A stretch of DNA of 64,000 bases, from assembly GCA_900659855.1 (NCBI GenBank), contig CAACVI010000045.1, positions 60,985 through 124,984 on the forward strand. Direction: 5' to 3'. Origin of the DNA: Candidatus Desulfarcum epimagneticum (lineage in GTDB: Bacteria > Desulfobacterota > Desulfobacteria > Desulfobacterales > CR-1). Within the stretch, counting starts at the first letter, position 1. Every line of letters starts with the position of its first letter. Shown in pieces: positions 16,201-26,545 of this stretch. The position numbers and the translations under genes were made by a program. The notes below the pieces were generated by a model, which did no database searches, was not told the DNA's origin, and saw only the letters and a program-made list of their open reading frames with translations.

Positions 16201-17352
16201 CCTTAAACGCCGGAATATCTCAATCAGGGCCTCTTCGTTGGTCTCCACCTTGTCCAGAACCAGGGTTTTCAATATGGAGGCGCTCATGGCCGCGGCGTCG
16301 GCATGAATCAGGTCGAATTCGGCGATTCCCAGTTCCTCAAACATTTCAAGGGCCTTTTCATCCAGCCGTTCGGTGGAGCGCAGAATCATCTCCCCGGTCC
16401 CGGGGTCCTTGACGCCGAATGGAAGGGCCTGGCCCAGGATGTCCTCCCGCTCAACGGGGATCATTTCCAGACTTGACTGGCGAATCCGTTTGATGGTTCT
16501 GCGGGTGAACATCTTCCCCCGCTGGACAATCATCTCCCCGGTCTCCGGGTCTTCAATGTCCGCCGAGGCGCGCTTGCCCTTGAAGCTTTCAAGACAGTAA
16601 AGCGCGTCTTTAAACGTCTTGAAATAACGCCCTCCACGGACCACGATCTTTTCGGTCTTGTAAAAATATTTTAAAATATCCTCTTCGGAATAACCGAAGG
16701 CCTTAAAAAGGAGGGTGGCGGGAAATTTTCGTCTCCGGTCGATTCGGATGTACACAATGTCTTTGGGATCCACCTCCATGTCGATCCAAGATCCCCTCAC
16801 CGGGATAATCCTTGAGGAGTAGATCACCTTTCCGCTTGAATGAACCGATCCCTTGTCATGGTCGAAAAAAACCCCGGATGAGCGGTGAAGCTGACTGACC
16901 ACCACCCGCTCCGTTCCGTTGACGATAAAAGTTCCCCTTTCCGTCATAAGGGGAATGGTGCCGAAATAGCTTTCCTGTTCCTTGATGTCCCGGATGTTGG
17001 AGTCCCCGGTCTCTTTGTCCACATCGTACACCACCAGGCGGACGGTGATGCGAAGCGGCAGCTCATAGGTCATGCCCCTTTGCCGGCATTCTCTCTCGGT
17101 GTGTTTGGGCTCCATGAAACGGTACGACACAAATTCAAGGGAGGCGCTGCCGGTGAAGTCCTTAATGGGGAACACCGATTTAAAAACCGCCTGAAGCCCC
17201 ATGGCCAGGCGTTTATCCGAGGGCGCGTCCAGCTGCAGAAAACGGGCGTAGGAATCCCGCTGCACACTGATAAGATTGGGGGTGTCGACTATTTTCCTGA
17301 TTTTGCCGAAATTTTTTCTTAAGCGCTTGGTGATGATCGGAGCTTCCCGCAT
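13231..17352 (-). CDS. rpoB: DNA-directed RNA polymerase subunit beta (1373 aa)
   Basis: ORF 13231..17499. The internal ATG gives [35 protein letters not shown], a typical beta N-terminus. Conserved [14 protein letters not shown] and HGNKGV motifs are present. Confidence 0.95.
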   Translation of the reverse strand: MREAPIITKRLRKNFGKIRKIVDTPNLISVQRDSYARFLQLDAPSDKRLAMGLQAVFKSVFPIKDFTGSASLEFVSYRFMEPKHTERECRQRGMTYELPLRITVRLVVYDVDKETGDSNIRDIKEQESYFGTIPLMTERGTFIVNGTERVVVSQLHRSSGVFFDHDKGSVHSSGKVIYSSRIIPVRGSWIDMEVDPKDIVYIRIDRRRKFPATLLFKAFGYSEEDILKYFYKTEKIVVRGGRYFKTFKDALYCLESFKGKRASADIEDPETGEMIVQRGKMFTRRTIKRIRQSSLEMIPVEREDILGQALPFGVKDPGTGEMILRSTERLDEKALEMFEELGIAEFDLIHADAAAMSASILKTLVLDKVETNEEALIEIFRRLRPGNPVTPEVARDFLDHMFFKSSYYDLSSVGRLKMNLRLGINSAGDLRILRKEDILLAAKTLVDIRDTQGAVDDIDHLGNRRVRAVGELLENQYRIGLVRMERAIKERMSLQEVDALMPHDLLNPKPVSAVVKEFFGTSQLSQFMDQTNPLSETTHKRRLSALGPGGLTRERAGFEVRDVHPSHYGRICPIETPEGPNIGLIVSLSTYARVNDYGFIETPFSVVKDSTVTPEVKFLSAFEEKSHPIAQANAPLDEDRKYQNELVTSRVEGELMIVKREEIEFMDISPNQLVSVSASLIPFLENDDANRALMGSNMQRQAVPLMVASAPVVGTGMEGVVARDSGVTVVARRDGTVASVDASRIVVEHDPEDGGDDMESLVTIYNLTKFMRSNQNTCVNQRPVVAEGQKVKAGEVIADGPATDRGELALGQNVTVAFMPWGGYNFEDSILVSERLVRDGVYTSGQIEEFEMVARDTKLGREEITRDIPNVGDEALKDLDESGIIRLGADVKPGDILIGKITPKGETQLSPEEKLLRAIFGEKAGEVKDASLRVPPGVEGIVIDAKVFTRRGAEKDDRTLEIEAQEIDAFGKDRDDEIKVITEMARRRLEKILSGKKALSPLLYKGKTVVGQGEEIRAEVIRSVPVTVFDDIAMESGEDAEGVFEVIRLYKKHLDVCQAAFSKHVERFSKGDDLPPGVIKMVKVYVAMKRKLSVGDKMAGRHGNKGVVSRILPQEDMPYFENGEPVDVVLNPLGVPSRMNVGQILEVHLGRAAKLLGDQISALAQAGKFDALREKFKRIFSSEDQNSGIDRLSDEQLAQASTDYKDGVFMATPVFDGAKEPEIKNLLEEAGVETTGQTTLCDGRTGQPFDEKITVGTMYILKLHHLVDDKIHARSIGPYSLVTQQPLGGKAQFGGQRLGEMEVWAMEGYGAAYALQEFLTVKSDDMAGRTRMYEKIVKGQNVLEPGLPESFKVLIKELQSLGLSLNLLESKSR

Positions 17353-17516
17353 ATCGTCTCCAGGGTGTAAGATTGATGGTCTCCGGCCCGAGATTCCCGA
17401 CATGTCTCCGGGCGTCCGAAAGCGCGGAGAATGGGCCATGCGCAAAGGGCCGGATTTAAAGGGCCGGGAATCAAAGGCGATGATCGCGCCGTCTGTCATC
17501 CAGCAGGCGGGCGTTT

Positions 17517-17549
17517 AAAAAAGGGGGGGGGCTCCCGGCCCCGCCCCCT
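17517..17549 (-). terminator. GC-rich hairpin plus T-tract between rplL and rpoB (probable partial terminator/attenuator)
   Basis: The reverse strand reads GGGGGCGGGGCCGGGAGCCCCCCCC followed by TTTTTT, directly after the rplL stop. E. coli has an attenuator at the equivalent position. Confidence 0.5.
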
Positions 17550-17561
17550 CTTTGGGCTTGG

Positions 17562-17945
17562 CTACTTCAATTCCACCTGGGCTCCGGCCTCTTCCAGGGC
17601 GGCCTTGATTTTTTCCGCCTCGTCTTTGGGAATCCCTTCTTTAACCGGCGCGGGCGCGCCGTCCACAAGGGCTTTGGCGTCTTTAAGGCCAAGGGCCGTG
17701 ATGGCCCGGACTTCCTTGATGACCTGGATTTTCTTGTCTCCGGCCGCTGTTAAAATCACATCAAATTCGGTCTGTTCCTCAGCCGCGCCGGCTCCTCCGC
17801 CATCCGGGGCGGCGGCCATCATGGCCACGGGAGCGGCGGCTGAAACGCCGAATTTTTCCTCTATATCCTTGACCAGTTCCGAAAGCTCCAGAACCGACAT
17901 GTTCGCGATAAATTCCAATACATCGTCTTTGGTGATATCTGCCAT
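17562..17945 (-). CDS. rplL: 50S ribosomal protein L7/L12
   Basis: 127 aa with Ala/Gly hinge and C-terminal [20 protein letters not shown]. Confidence 0.95.
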   Translation of the reverse strand: MADITKDDVLEFIANMSVLELSELVKDIEEKFGVSAAAPVAMMAAAPDGGGAGAAEEQTEFDVILTAAGDKKIQVIKEVRAITALGLKDAKALVDGAPAPVKEGIPKDEAEKIKAALEEAGAQVELK

Positions 17946-18016
17946 CTTATTTTCTTAACCTCCAAAAAATTAAGGCTCCCGATCGCCCGGGCCGTCTCAA
18001 AACGACGGAAAAGGGA

Positions 18017-18538
18017 TCAGGCGGCCTCTTTTTGTTCTTTCAGCGCGTTTAAAACATTTACGAATCGCTGCGGGACGTCGTTAAGCGCCCGGGCCAGTGA
18101 AGTGGGAACGGCGTTTAAGGCCGAAGCGAGGACTCCCAGCAGAACTTCGCGGGAAGGCAGGGAAGACAGGGCCTTGATATCGTCTGACTCAAGCCTCTTT
18201 CCTCCCATGACGCCGACCTTGACTTCCAGGGCTTCAAACTCCTTGGAAAAGTCCATCAGCAACTTGGCCGGAACAACCGGATCGCCATAGCCGATGGCCA
18301 CCGCGCAGGGTCCTTTGAAACTGTCTTCAATCAAGGCCGCGTCGGTCTCCTGGGAGGCCCTTGCCAGAAGGGTCTTTTTGACCACCTGGTATTCCACTTC
18401 CCCTTCAAAGAGCTTCTTCCGCAGGGCGTTGATCTGGGTCACATCCAGGCCCTTGTAATCCGTCAGAATCACCACTTCGCTTTTGGCGAATCTCTCCTTT
18501 AAATCTTTGACTATCTCTTTCTTCGCGTCAATTTTCAA
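18017..18538 (-). CDS. rplJ: 50S ribosomal protein L10
   Basis: ORF 18017..18550 begins at a GTG that lies inside the AAGGAGGTG Shine-Dalgarno sequence. The TTG at 18538 (MKIDAKKEIVKDLKERF) fits L10 N-termini better. The start is uncertain. Confidence 0.85.
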   Translation of the reverse strand: MKIDAKKEIVKDLKERFAKSEVVILTDYKGLDVTQINALRKKLFEGEVEYQVVKKTLLARASQETDAALIEDSFKGPCAVAIGYGDPVVPAKLLMDFSKEFEALEVKVGVMGGKRLESDDIKALSSLPSREVLLGVLASALNAVPTSLARALNDVPQRFVNVLNALKEQKEAA

Positions 18539-18550
18539 AAAATACAGCAC

Positions 18551-18838
18551 CTCCTTTCCAATTCGTTTTATGAAACCGGAGGCATATGGCCATGCGTCAC
18601 GCTGAGATAGGAGATGTTTTTAATCATCTGAAAAAAATGACGATCAAATGTTTTAAAAACGATCCGCTGTCTCGGCAGGCCGGCGTGGCTGATTAAACGC
18701 CCGGCGGTTTTCGGCTGATTTTCAATCATGGATCAAAAATCGGCCGAAAGCCGTCGGGAGAACCTGCGGTCTTTGACAGAAAAATGATTTTAGTCCAAAT
18801 TTTACTTTTAAGGCATGAAGTCGCCCGAAAGCGGCGGC
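18551..18838 (-). promoter_or_regulatory. 288-nt rplJ leader region (candidate L10 autoregulatory leader)
   Basis: Unusually long non-coding gap between rplA and rplJ, at the position where L10(L12)4-binding leaders occur in other bacteria. The structure was not verified. Confidence 0.3.
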
Positions 18839-19546
18839 TTACTGTTTTCCGATATCTTTGAGAGAAAGCACATCCACTCTGACGCCCGCTCCCATGGTGC
18901 TGGATATGGCGAGCCCTTTCAGATATGTCCCCTTGCTGGCGGGCGGCTTGAGCCGCATCAACGTTTCGATGAACGCGCTGATATTCTGCGTGATTTTTTC
19001 AACGCCGAAGGACACTTTGCCCACAGGGACGTGAATGATGCCGGCTTTCTCAACCCTGAAGTCGATCTTTCCCGCCTTGACCTCGCCCACCGCTTTGGCG
19101 ATGTCAAAGGTGACCGTTCCCACTTTGGCGTTGGGCATCAGGCCCCTGGGTCCCAGGAGCCTGCCGATTTTGCCCACCGAGCCCATCATGTCCGGGGTGG
19201 CGATGGCCTTGTCAAAGCCGAACCATCCGCCTTTGATCTTTTCGATCAAGTCGTCATTTCCCACAAAATCGGCCCCCGCCTCCTGGGCCTCTTTTTCCTT
19301 TTCGCCCTTCGCAAACACAAGGACCGCCGACTTTTTCCCAAGGCCATTGGGCAGCACCATGGCGCCCCGGACCATCTGGTCCGCGTGGCGGGGATCCACC
19401 CCCAGGCGAACCGCCACATCCACCGTCTCGTCAAATTTCGCAAAGGACAGCTCGATTACCTTTTTCACGGCGTCCGCGAAATCAAACTTGGTCCCGTCGC
19501 CTATGCTTTTTTTTGCTTGCAGATATTTTTTGCCCCGCTTCGGCAT
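18839..19546 (-). CDS. rplA: 50S ribosomal protein L1
   Basis: [13 protein letters not shown]..., 235 aa, L1-like. Confidence 0.95.
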   Translation of the reverse strand: MPKRGKKYLQAKKSIGDGTKFDFADAVKKVIELSFAKFDETVDVAVRLGVDPRHADQMVRGAMVLPNGLGKKSAVLVFAKGEKEKEAQEAGADFVGNDDLIEKIKGGWFGFDKAIATPDMMGSVGKIGRLLGPRGLMPNAKVGTVTFDIAKAVGEVKAGKIDFRVEKAGIIHVPVGKVSFGVEKITQNISAFIETLMRLKPPASKGTYLKGLAISSTMGAGVRVDVLSLKDIGKQ

Positions 19547-19570
19547 CTCTTATTCACTCCTTGCTTATGG

Positions 19571-19993
19571 TCAAACGACATCGATCCCCATGCTTCTGGC
19601 GGTTCCGCTGATAATTTCACAGGCCGCCTCCATATCGTTGGCATTCAAGTCCACCATCTTCATCTGGGCGATCTCCTCCACCTGCTTCCGGGTGACCGAG
19701 CCCACCTTCTCGCGCTTTGGATCGCCCGATCCTTTGGCGATTTTGGCCGCCTTTTTCAACAGAATGGAAGCCGGCGGCGTTTTGGTGATAAACGAAAACG
19801 ACCGGTCCTGGTAAACGGTCAAAACCACAGGTATGATCATCCCGGCCTGGCTTTCCGTCTTGGCGTTGAACGCCTTGCAGAAGTCCATGATGTTCACGCC
19901 GTGCTGCCCAAGCGCGGGGCCGATGGGAGGGGAAGGATTGGCCTTTCCCGCCTCAACCTGAAGCTTTATCTGGGTCATAACCTTTTTTGCCAT
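19571..19993 (-). CDS. rplK: 50S ribosomal protein L11
   Basis: [36 protein letters not shown] is a canonical L11. Confidence 0.96.
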   Translation of the reverse strand: MAKKVMTQIKLQVEAGKANPSPPIGPALGQHGVNIMDFCKAFNAKTESQAGMIIPVVLTVYQDRSFSFITKTPPASILLKKAAKIAKGSGDPKREKVGSVTRKQVEEIAQMKMVDLNANDMEAACEIISGTARSMGIDVV

Positions 19994-20023
19994 TATCTTT
20001 TGCCTTTTTATGTCAAGTGTTGA

Positions 20024-20584
20024 TTATAGCTTGGCGACCTGCACAAATTCAAGCTCAACCGGCGTGGAGCGGCCGAATATGCTCACCAGAACCCGAATTT
20101 TTCCCTTTTCCTCGTTCACCTCGTCCACCGTTCCATTGAAACTGGTGAAAGGGCCGTCGATCACCCGGACATCGTCGCCTTTTTCAAACAAATATTTGGG
20201 TTTGGGTTTCTCTTCGCCGGCCTTCATGCGGTTGAGTATCTGGTTGGCCTCTTCCTCAGTGATGGGCGCGGGTTTGTCTCTGCCCCCCAGGAATCCGGTG
20301 ATTTTGGGGGTTTCTTTCACAATGTGCCATGTCTCGTCGTCCAGCTCCATCCGGATCAGAATGTATCCCGGGTAAAATTTTCGGGAGGATGTCTTTTTTT
20401 GGCCTTTCACAAGCTCGACAATCTGCTCGGTGGGAACCAGAATTTCGCCAAACCGTTCGGAATTCGGGAGAGCCGCTATTTTCTCTTCCAGACTTTTTTG
20501 CACCTTGTGCTCAAAGCCCGAATAGACATGAACAATGTACCATTCCAACGCCACTTTTTTTCTCCTTGTTTTTGAGGGCGTCAC
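20024..20584 (-). CDS. nusG: Transcription termination/antitermination factor NusG
   Basis: WYIVHVYSGFEHKV NGN domain and C-terminal KOW domain. secE-nusG-rplK order. Confidence 0.93.
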   Translation of the reverse strand: MTPSKTRRKKVALEWYIVHVYSGFEHKVQKSLEEKIAALPNSERFGEILVPTEQIVELVKGQKKTSSRKFYPGYILIRMELDDETWHIVKETPKITGFLGGRDKPAPITEEEANQILNRMKAGEEKPKPKYLFEKGDDVRVIDGPFTSFNGTVDEVNEEKGKIRVLVSIFGRSTPVELEFVQVAKL

Positions 20585-20628
20585 ACTTTAACCGGCGGCC
20601 CCGGACCGGCGCCCGGCGTTTCTTTCGT

Positions 20629-21042
20629 TTACAAAATCAGTTTCAGAAGAAATGAAAGGCAAATGTCCACAAATCCCAGGAAAAAAGAGCAGATCACCGC
20701 GAATATGACCACCACCAAAGTGGAGTTCATGGTCTGCTTCCGGGAGGGCCACACGACTTTCTTCAGCTCCACCCGGGCCTCTCTCAAAAACTGGAAGGCC
20801 TTTTCAAACACATTTTTCTCACGGGCCGCGGCGGCCCTGGCTTTGGCTTTCGCCGAAACCTTCCTGGGAGGAGGAGGCGTCTTTTTCTTGACGACCGCGG
20901 CGGGCTTTGAGAAACCTGAGGGCTTCGGCAAAGCGCCGGCCGGGCTCAAGTCCCCTTCTGAAACCGGCGATTGAGATTTTGTCGTCTCTTTTTTTCTGGC
21001 CTTTTTATCCGCAGGCTTCTTTTTCTTTTTCAGTTTTGCCAC
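20629..21042 (-). CDS. secE: Preprotein translocase subunit SecE with a Lys/Pro-rich N-terminal extension of about 75 aa
   Basis: C-terminal FLREARVELKKVVWPSRKQT followed by a single TM helix. Position between tRNA-Trp and nusG. Confidence 0.85.
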   Translation of the reverse strand: MAKLKKKKKPADKKARKKETTKSQSPVSEGDLSPAGALPKPSGFSKPAAVVKKKTPPPPRKVSAKAKARAAAAREKNVFEKAFQFLREARVELKKVVWPSRKQTMNSTLVVVIFAVICSFFLGFVDICLSFLLKLIL

Positions 21043-21115
21043 ATCGACTCCTGAAATGACGCGGGCCTGTTTTGTTTAACGCCCGCCCGAACAATCCGCG
21101 ATTCCGCGTCAATGG

Positions 21116-21191
21116 TGGCAGGCCAGGAGGGATTCGAACCCCCAACATCCGGATTTGGAGTCCGGCGCTCTGCCGTTAGAGCTACTGGCCT
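21116..21191 (-). tRNA. trnW: tRNA-Trp (anticodon CCA)
   Basis: Manual cloverleaf on the reverse strand: AGGCCAG acceptor stem, anticodon loop CTCCAAA, GGTTCGAATCC T-arm, encoded CCA. Confidence 0.9.
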
Positions 21192-21268
21192 GAATTTTCC
21201 CATCGACAAACAAACATTCACCGGCCTTCCCGAAAGCGGGCATGGGTCGCCCGCCGTTTCCGGGAAAG

Positions 21269-21418
21269 CTATTTCACCTCTTTGTGCGGCGTATGCTTCC
21301 TGCAGAACCGGCAGTACTTGCTGAATTTCAGCTTGTCCGGCGTCGTCCGCTTATTTTTTGTGGTTGAATAGTTTTTTCTTTTGCATTCCTGGCATGCAAG
21401 ATGAATGATCACTCTCAC
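21269..21418 (-). CDS. rpmG: 50S ribosomal protein L33 (49 aa, Zn-ribbon C+ form, GTG start)
   Basis: Not in the ORF track (under 60 aa). Manual translation: (V/M)[48 protein letters not shown]. Canonical tuf-rpmG-tRNA-Trp-secE context. Confidence 0.88.
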   Translation of the reverse strand: MRVIIHLACQECKRKNYSTTKNKRTTPDKLKFSKYCRFCRKHTPHKEVK

Positions 21419-21485
21419 TTAAGACTCCTTGCCGGCGGCTTTAAAAAACTTGCGCCGGACCGTTTTTCAAGCGCCGGGGCGCGTG

Positions 21486-22691
21486 AAGAAGGTCCTATTC
21501 AATGACTTCGCTCACCACTCCGGCCCCGACGGTTCTTCCGCCCTCGCGGATGGCGAACCGGACCTCCTTCTCCATGGCGATGGGGGTGATCAGCTCCGCC
21601 GATATGCTCACATTATCGCCGGGCATCACCATCTCCACTCCCTCGGGCAATGTCAAAATACCCGTCACATCCGTGGTCCTGAAATAAAACTGGGGACGGT
21701 AGCCGCTGAAAAAAGGCGTGTGACGCCCGCCCTCGTCCTTGCTTAATATATACACCTCCGCCTTGAACTTCGTGTGAGGCGTGATGGTCCCGGGCTCCGC
21801 CACCACCTGGCCGCGCTCCACCTCGTCACGCTTGGTCCCGCGAAGCAGCACACCGATGTTGTCGCCCGCCTGACCCTCGTCCAGAAGCTTGCGGAACATC
21901 TCCACTCCCGTGCACACCGTCTTGGTGGTCTCACGAATCCCCACCACCTCGATGCTGTCGCTCACATGGATAATCCCGCGCTCCACACGGCCCGTCACCA
22001 CTGTGCCGCGGCCCGAAATGCTGAACACGTCCTCAATGGGCATCAAAAACGGCTTGTCCACATCCCGCTCAGGCTCGGGAATAAAAGAGTCGATGGCCGC
22101 CATCAGGTCAAACACCGGCTTGGCCTCATCGCTGCCCGGATCGTCGCTCTCCAGGGCCTTCAAAGCGCTGCCGTGAATGATCGGCGTGTCGTCCCCGGGA
22201 AACTCATACTTGTCCAGAAGCTCCCGAAGCTCCAGCTCCACCAGCTCAATCAGCTCCTCGTCGTCCACCATGTCGCATTTGTTCAAAAACACCACGATGC
22301 GGGGAACGCCCACCTGACGCGCCAGAAGAATGTGCTCCCGGGTCTGCGGCATGGGGCCGTCGTCCGCCCCCACCACCAGAATCGCCCCGTCCATCTGGGC
22401 CGCCCCGGTGATCATGTTCTTGATATAGTCGGCGTGGCCCGGACAGTCCACATGGGCGTAATGCCGGGTGTCGGTCTCGTACTCCACATGCGCCGTGGCG
22501 ATGGTGATCCCGCGCTCCTTCTCCTCGGGAGCCTTGTCAATCTGATCAAAAGGAACAAAATCCGCCATGCCCTTGAGTCCCATATGCTTGGTGATAGCGG
22601 CCGTCAACGTCGTCTTCCCATGGTCAATGTGGCCAATGGTCCCCACATTCACATGGGGCTTCGTCCGCTCAAACTTTTCCTTCGCCATCTT
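21486..22691. repeat. About 1.2 kb direct repeat (tuf copy 2)
   Basis: See 6512..7717. Confidence 0.85.
21495..22688 (-). CDS. tuf: Elongation factor Tu, copy 2 (397 aa, identical protein to copy 1)
   Basis: Same translation as 6521..7714. The ORF 21495..22895 upstream extension runs into tRNA-Thr and is an artefact. Confidence 0.97.
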   Translation of the reverse strand: MAKEKFERTKPHVNVGTIGHIDHGKTTLTAAITKHMGLKGMADFVPFDQIDKAPEEKERGITIATAHVEYETDTRHYAHVDCPGHADYIKNMITGAAQMDGAILVVGADDGPMPQTREHILLARQVGVPRIVVFLNKCDMVDDEELIELVELELRELLDKYEFPGDDTPIIHGSALKALESDDPGSDEAKPVFDLMAAIDSFIPEPERDVDKPFLMPIEDVFSISGRGTVVTGRVERGIIHVSDSIEVVGIRETTKTVCTGVEMFRKLLDEGQAGDNIGVLLRGTKRDEVERGQVVAEPGTITPHTKFKAEVYILSKDEGGRHTPFFSGYRPQFYFRTTDVTGILTLPEGVEMVMPGDNVSISAELITPIAMEKEVRFAIREGGRTVGAGVVSEVIE

Positions 22692-22778
22692 AAAATCCTC
22701 CCTGTATTTTTGCGAATATGTGTAATGCGAATATGACTTGCGCGGGATATTGTCCTTATAATCAACAAAAATAAAATG

Positions 22779-22855
22779 ATGGAGCCCACGACCGGAATCG
22801 AACCGGTGAACCTCTTCCTTACCAAGGAAGCGCTCTACCGACTGAGCTACGTGGG
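22779..22855 (-). tRNA. trnT: tRNA-Thr (anticodon GGT)
   Basis: Reverse strand GCCCACGTAGCTCAGTCGGTAGAGC..., anticodon loop TTGGTAA, encoded CCA. Confidence 0.9.
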
Positions 22856-22924
22856 CGTTTCTCGGAAAATGATCCGCGCCGGACAAAACCGTCAAAAATC
22901 ATAAAACAAAAGCGGCATGGGATT

Positions 22925-23000
22925 TGGAGCGGGAGACGAGACTCGAACTCGCGACATCCAGCTTGGAAGGCTGAAGCTCTACCAACTGAGCTACTCCCGC
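22925..23000 (-). tRNA. trnG: tRNA-Gly (anticodon TCC)
   Basis: Reverse strand GCGGGAGTAGCTCAGTTGGTAGAGC..., anticodon loop CTTCCAA, encoded CCA. Confidence 0.9.
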
Positions 23001-23174
23001 TTAACGATGCTTGAAAACTCCGCCATAAAACGCCGACATGAAAACACGCGGCGAAAAAAACGGCGTCACATATGCCAAAAAGCCTTTCAGAGCAGGAAGC
23101 CATGCAGTTCTATTCGATTTCCGGGAATGCCTTTGTCCCGTCAACCTCCTGCAAACGGCCCTTGCTTTATGAAT

Positions 23175-23259
23175 TGGTGGTGGGGGGAGGATTTGAACCT
23201 CCGAAGGCGTCGCCGACAGATTTACAGTCTGTTCCCTTTGACCACTCGGGAACCCCACC
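23175..23259 (-). tRNA. trnY: tRNA-Tyr (anticodon GTA, long variable arm)
   Basis: Reverse strand GGTGGGGTTCCCGAGTGGTCAAAGGGA..., anticodon loop CTGTAAA, 85 nt, encoded CCA. Confidence 0.9.
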
Positions 23260-23278
23260 CTATTTTGTTTGAACACGA

Positions 23279-23351
23279 AGCCAGCGGAGGGACTCGAACC
23301 CCCGACCCACTGATTACAAATCAGTAGCTCTACCAGCTGAGCTACGCTGGC
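23279..23351 (-). tRNA. trnT: tRNA-Thr (anticodon TGT)
   Basis: Reverse strand GCCAGCGTAGCTCAGCTGGTAGAGC..., anticodon loop TTTGTAA. CCA is not encoded. Confidence 0.88.
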
Positions 23352-23361
23352 CAAAAAAAAC

Positions 23362-23392
23362 ATTGCTATCATGCTCTTTTTACACATGTCAA
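23362..23392 (-). promoter_or_regulatory. Candidate promoter of the tRNA-tuf operon (TTGACA -35, weak -10, A/T-rich UP-like tract upstream)
   Basis: The reverse strand reads ...TTTTAATAAAAAAACTTGACATGTGTAAAAAGAGCATGATAGCAATG a few nt before tRNA-Thr(TGT). Confidence 0.35.
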
Positions 23393-23477
23393 GTTTTTTT
23401 ATTAAAATATGATTAAAAAAAACAGTTCAAAACCGTGTGAAAAGACCGCGCAAAACTCGCTCCACAAAACTAAAGCC

Positions 23478-23505
23478 TTGACAAGCTTTCCAATTTATAT
23501 AAAAT
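23478..23505 (+). promoter_or_regulatory. Candidate sigma70-type promoter for the mltD-like gene (TTGACA-16 nt-TAAAAT)
   Basis: Read directly from the sequence, about 60 nt upstream of the ATG at 23567. Confidence 0.4.
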
Positions 23506-23566
23506 TGTCATTCATCAGACAAACTTCAACGCCCCTCTAAAAAAATATCAACATTCGGAATTTTTT

Positions 23567-25354
23567 ATGAAAACTCTGATTTTATTGACAAAAAAAGATA
23601 TCCCGGCTTTCCTCCTCCGGTTTTTGGCGCTCCTTTTATTTTTCGCCTGGACCCAGGCCCCCGACCGCGCGGCCCACGCCCGGACCCGCGCTTTGGGCGA
23701 AGTTTCAAATCCCGAATCCGGTCTTTTGGCCTCCCGCCGGACCGACGTCGGAAAAAGGACGGCTTATCCTGTTTCAAAAAAAATGGAGAGACTGCTCGCC
23801 CAGGCCAGGGCCTCCTATGAAAAGGCTCAGAGCTACTGGGAAAAAAACAACATCCCAAAAGCCTTTAAAGCGCTGGACGCCGCTTACTCCCTCCTTTTGG
23901 GCATCCCCTCGGGCAGCCACCCGGAATATCTCCGGCGCAAAAAGGAGCTTCGTTTCCTGATCTCAAGGCGAAACCATGAAATCTACGTCTCCCGGGGCTC
24001 GGTGGTGAACGGAAAACACAAGGCCATCCCCATCGTGCTCAACCGCCATGTCAAAAGAGAGATCACCCGTTACGCCACTTTTGAAAAAAATTTTTTTATC
24101 GAGTCGTATAAACGCTCGGGAAAATACCGCCCCATGATCCTGAGGCATTTGAAGAAAGAAGGGGTCCCCGAGGAGATATCCTGGCTCCCCCTCATTGAAA
24201 GCGGGTTCAAAATCACGGCCCTCTCCAAGGCCCGGGCGCTGGGGCTCTGGCAGTTTATCCCGTCCACCGGGTACAAATTCGGCTTAAAACGGGATCTCTA
24301 CGTGGACGAGCGTCTGGACCCCATCAAGTCCACAAAGGCCGCCATCGCCTACTTAAAAGAGCTTCACAAGCTTTTCGGAGACTGGATCACGGCCATCGCG
24401 GCCTACAACTGCGGAGAAGGCAAAATACTGTCTGTGATCCGGGACCAGAAAGTCAATTACCTGGACAACTTCTGGGACCTTTATAAAAGGCTGCCCCGCG
24501 AGACGGCGCAATATGTCCCCCGTTTCATGGCCACGCTGCACATGATCCGAAACCCGGAAAAATACGGGATTTCGCTCGTCAAAACCGAATCTCCACTGGA
24601 ATTTGATCCGGTGACCATCTCAAAGCGGGTAAGCGTCCGAAATGTCGCCAAAGCCGTCGGCTCGCCTGAAAAGCTCCTGAAAGAGCTCAATCCGGAGCTG
24701 CGGTACGAAATTCTTCCCCAGGAGCTTTACACCCTCCGGGTTCCCCCGGGCTCCGGAAGACGCCTCCTGGAACGGATTGACGACATGCCGGTGTCCTCCC
24801 TTCCCCAGCCCGCCTTTGTCAAACATCGGGTCAGACCCGGGGAAACCCTGTCCGACATCGCCCGGAAACACCGGGTCAGCGTGAAACGCATCGCCCGGGC
24901 AAACAACATCCGAAGAAGCAACCTCATCGTGGCCGGTAAAACCCTGAAGATCCCTCTGGGCCGGACCTCGACACGCAAATCCAGCGCAAAGCGCCGCTCC
25001 CGGCCCAGGGCCAAAGCCCCGATCATCGCGGGAGCCCCGACCCACATCGCCCGGCCCGGAGACTCCCTGTGGACCATCGCCCGGCGCTACGGCACCACCG
25101 CCCACAAAATCAGGGAAACCAACGGCATGTCCACCAACCGCATCCAGATCGGCCAACGCCTGAAAATACCCGGGACTCTTGGCCGGACCCGGACGGCGAA
25201 ACGCCGTTTGAAAATCTACACCACCCGAATCGGAGACAGCCCCTTCACCATCGCCAAACGCCACAACATGCCCCTGACCCGGTTTTTAAAAATCAACAAC
25301 CTGGATCGAAAAAACAAAATATTTCCGGGCCAGACGCTCTATGTGGACCGGTGA
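23567..25354 (+). CDS. mltD: Membrane-bound lytic murein transglycosylase D-like protein (SLT domain plus three C-terminal LysM repeats)
   Basis: Signal peptide. SLT motifs LIESGFK...GLWQFIPSTG...AAYNCGEG. Three LysM-like repeats (H.V..GETLS.IA...). Confidence 0.85.
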   Translation: MKTLILLTKKDIPAFLLRFLALLLFFAWTQAPDRAAHARTRALGEVSNPESGLLASRRTDVGKRTAYPVSKKMERLLAQARASYEKAQSYWEKNNIPKAFKALDAAYSLLLGIPSGSHPEYLRRKKELRFLISRRNHEIYVSRGSVVNGKHKAIPIVLNRHVKREITRYATFEKNFFIESYKRSGKYRPMILRHLKKEGVPEEISWLPLIESGFKITALSKARALGLWQFIPSTGYKFGLKRDLYVDERLDPIKSTKAAIAYLKELHKLFGDWITAIAAYNCGEGKILSVIRDQKVNYLDNFWDLYKRLPRETAQYVPRFMATLHMIRNPEKYGISLVKTESPLEFDPVTISKRVSVRNVAKAVGSPEKLLKELNPELRYEILPQELYTLRVPPGSGRRLLERIDDMPVSSLPQPAFVKHRVRPGETLSDIARKHRVSVKRIARANNIRRSNLIVAGKTLKIPLGRTSTRKSSAKRRSRPRAKAPIIAGAPTHIARPGDSLWTIARRYGTTAHKIRETNGMSTNRIQIGQRLKIPGTLGRTRTAKRRLKIYTTRIGDSPFTIAKRHNMPLTRFLKINNLDRKNKIFPGQTLYVDR

Positions 25355-25361
25355 CAGCCCC

Positions 25362-25682
25362 ATGGGAATAAAAAAAGGCATCCCCTCCCCCCGGCCCCAG
25401 CGCCTTGACGGCCTGATCGGCGACATCTTAAAAACCCGCCTGCCCCTGTCGGCCCGGACCCTGTTCCAGATCTCCGACCAGTGGCCGGACCTGGTGGGGG
25501 AAAAAGCCGCTCAGAACACCTCACCGGGCGCGCTTAAAGAAAAAACCCTTCTGGTTCACGCCACAAGCCCCGTGTGGATCCATCATATGCAGTTTTGCAA
25601 AAAAGAGATCATGGAAAAACTCAACCGCTCCCTGGGAAAAGAAAGGGTGGAACACATCATTTTTAAAATCGGTCGGGTGTGA
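25362..25682 (+). CDS. DUF721 (DciA-like) domain protein
   Basis: The pattern ...WPDLVGEKAAQNTSPGALKEKTLLVHATSPVWIHHMQFCKKEIMEKLN is typical of DUF721. The start was chosen to avoid overlap with mltD. Confidence 0.65.
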   Translation: MGIKKGIPSPRPQRLDGLIGDILKTRLPLSARTLFQISDQWPDLVGEKAAQNTSPGALKEKTLLVHATSPVWIHHMQFCKKEIMEKLNRSLGKERVEHIIFKIGRV

Positions 25683-25802
25683 GGGCAAAGAAAACTTGAT
25701 TTTATCCTCCTGCCCATGTATTTTCAAACTTGAAGGCGTCGTAAAAAATCGGTGGAAAAAGCCGCCGGGGCGATGGGCGCGATTCAATTTTCAAAAGGGA
25801 AA

Positions 25803-26096
25803 ATGATGGAAAAATCAGAAATATTACAAAAGCTTACCGAGTATAAAAAAACTTCCCAGGGAAAATATCATTTTGAAAGAATAGGCATATTCGGCTCCTT
25901 TGCGAGAGGAACCGAAGGTGAAGGCAGCGATATTGATGTTATGATCGAACAAAAAGAGCCGGATATGTTTGTTTTGGGAAATATCAAATGCGATCTGGAA
26001 AAAATATTCGGAAGAAAAGTCGATGTTGTCCGAATCAGGGACGGAATGGGCGCCTTTCTCATGGAAAGAATCAACCGGGATGGGATATATGTATGA
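25803..26096 (+). CDS. mntA: Nucleotidyltransferase-domain antitoxin (MNT/MntA family)
   Basis: GIFGSFARGTEGEGSDIDVMI is the GS-x10-DxD minimal nucleotidyltransferase motif. 8-nt overlap with the downstream HepT gene. Confidence 0.85.
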   Translation: MMEKSEILQKLTEYKKTSQGKYHFERIGIFGSFARGTEGEGSDIDVMIEQKEPDMFVLGNIKCDLEKIFGRKVDVVRIRDGMGAFLMERINRDGIYV

Positions 26097-26460
26097 CAGA
26101 GCGCTTGTGACGGAAATTCTGTCGCAGATATTGCGGGCCGCCGACACGATTTTATATCGCTTCTCACAGGTCAAAACGATTCATGATCTCACTGATTCTC
26201 CGGCCGGCATGGAAAAACTGGACTCGATATGCATGCAGTTGATCGCCATTGGCGAAGGCCTCAAAAACATAGATAAAACGACCGATCATACTTTATTGGC
26301 CGAGTTCCCGGAAATCAACTGGGAAGGCGCCAAAACCATGAGAGATATCATGGCTCATCATTATTTCCGCATCGACGCCGAAATAGTTTTTGAAGTGTGT
26401 GAGAATAAAATAACGCCTCTGCGCGATGCCATTGAAAAGATGATCCAAAAAATCAAATAG
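26089..26460 (+). CDS. hepT: HepT-like (DUF86) RNase toxin
   Basis: MRDIMAHHYFRID matches the Rx4HxY HEPN motif. Start set at the ATG overlapping the MNT stop (ATGTATGA). Confidence 0.85.
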   Translation: MYDRALVTEILSQILRAADTILYRFSQVKTIHDLTDSPAGMEKLDSICMQLIAIGEGLKNIDKTTDHTLLAEFPEINWEGAKTMRDIMAHHYFRIDAEIVFEVCENKITPLRDAIEKMIQKIK

Positions 26461-26545
26461 TCAGCGTCTCGCCGCCCATCTCCATAGCATTTCGGCATAT
26501 CACTTCCTCATCTAATCCACGCCACCCAACCGCCGGCCGCCGTTC

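Noticed and set aside
17353-17499. 49-codon upstream extension of rpoB
   Set aside because: It is not conserved-looking, and the canonical beta N-terminus begins at the internal ATG. The extension lies in the rplL-rpoB attenuator region.
21112-21324. ORFs overlapping tRNA genes (21112..21324, 21030..21221, 22819..23103, 22917..23327, 23001..23387, 23072..23272, 45525..45737)
   Set aside because: They are explained by the tRNA genes themselves (for example the translation GFEPPTSG comes from the T-arm). No independent coding evidence.
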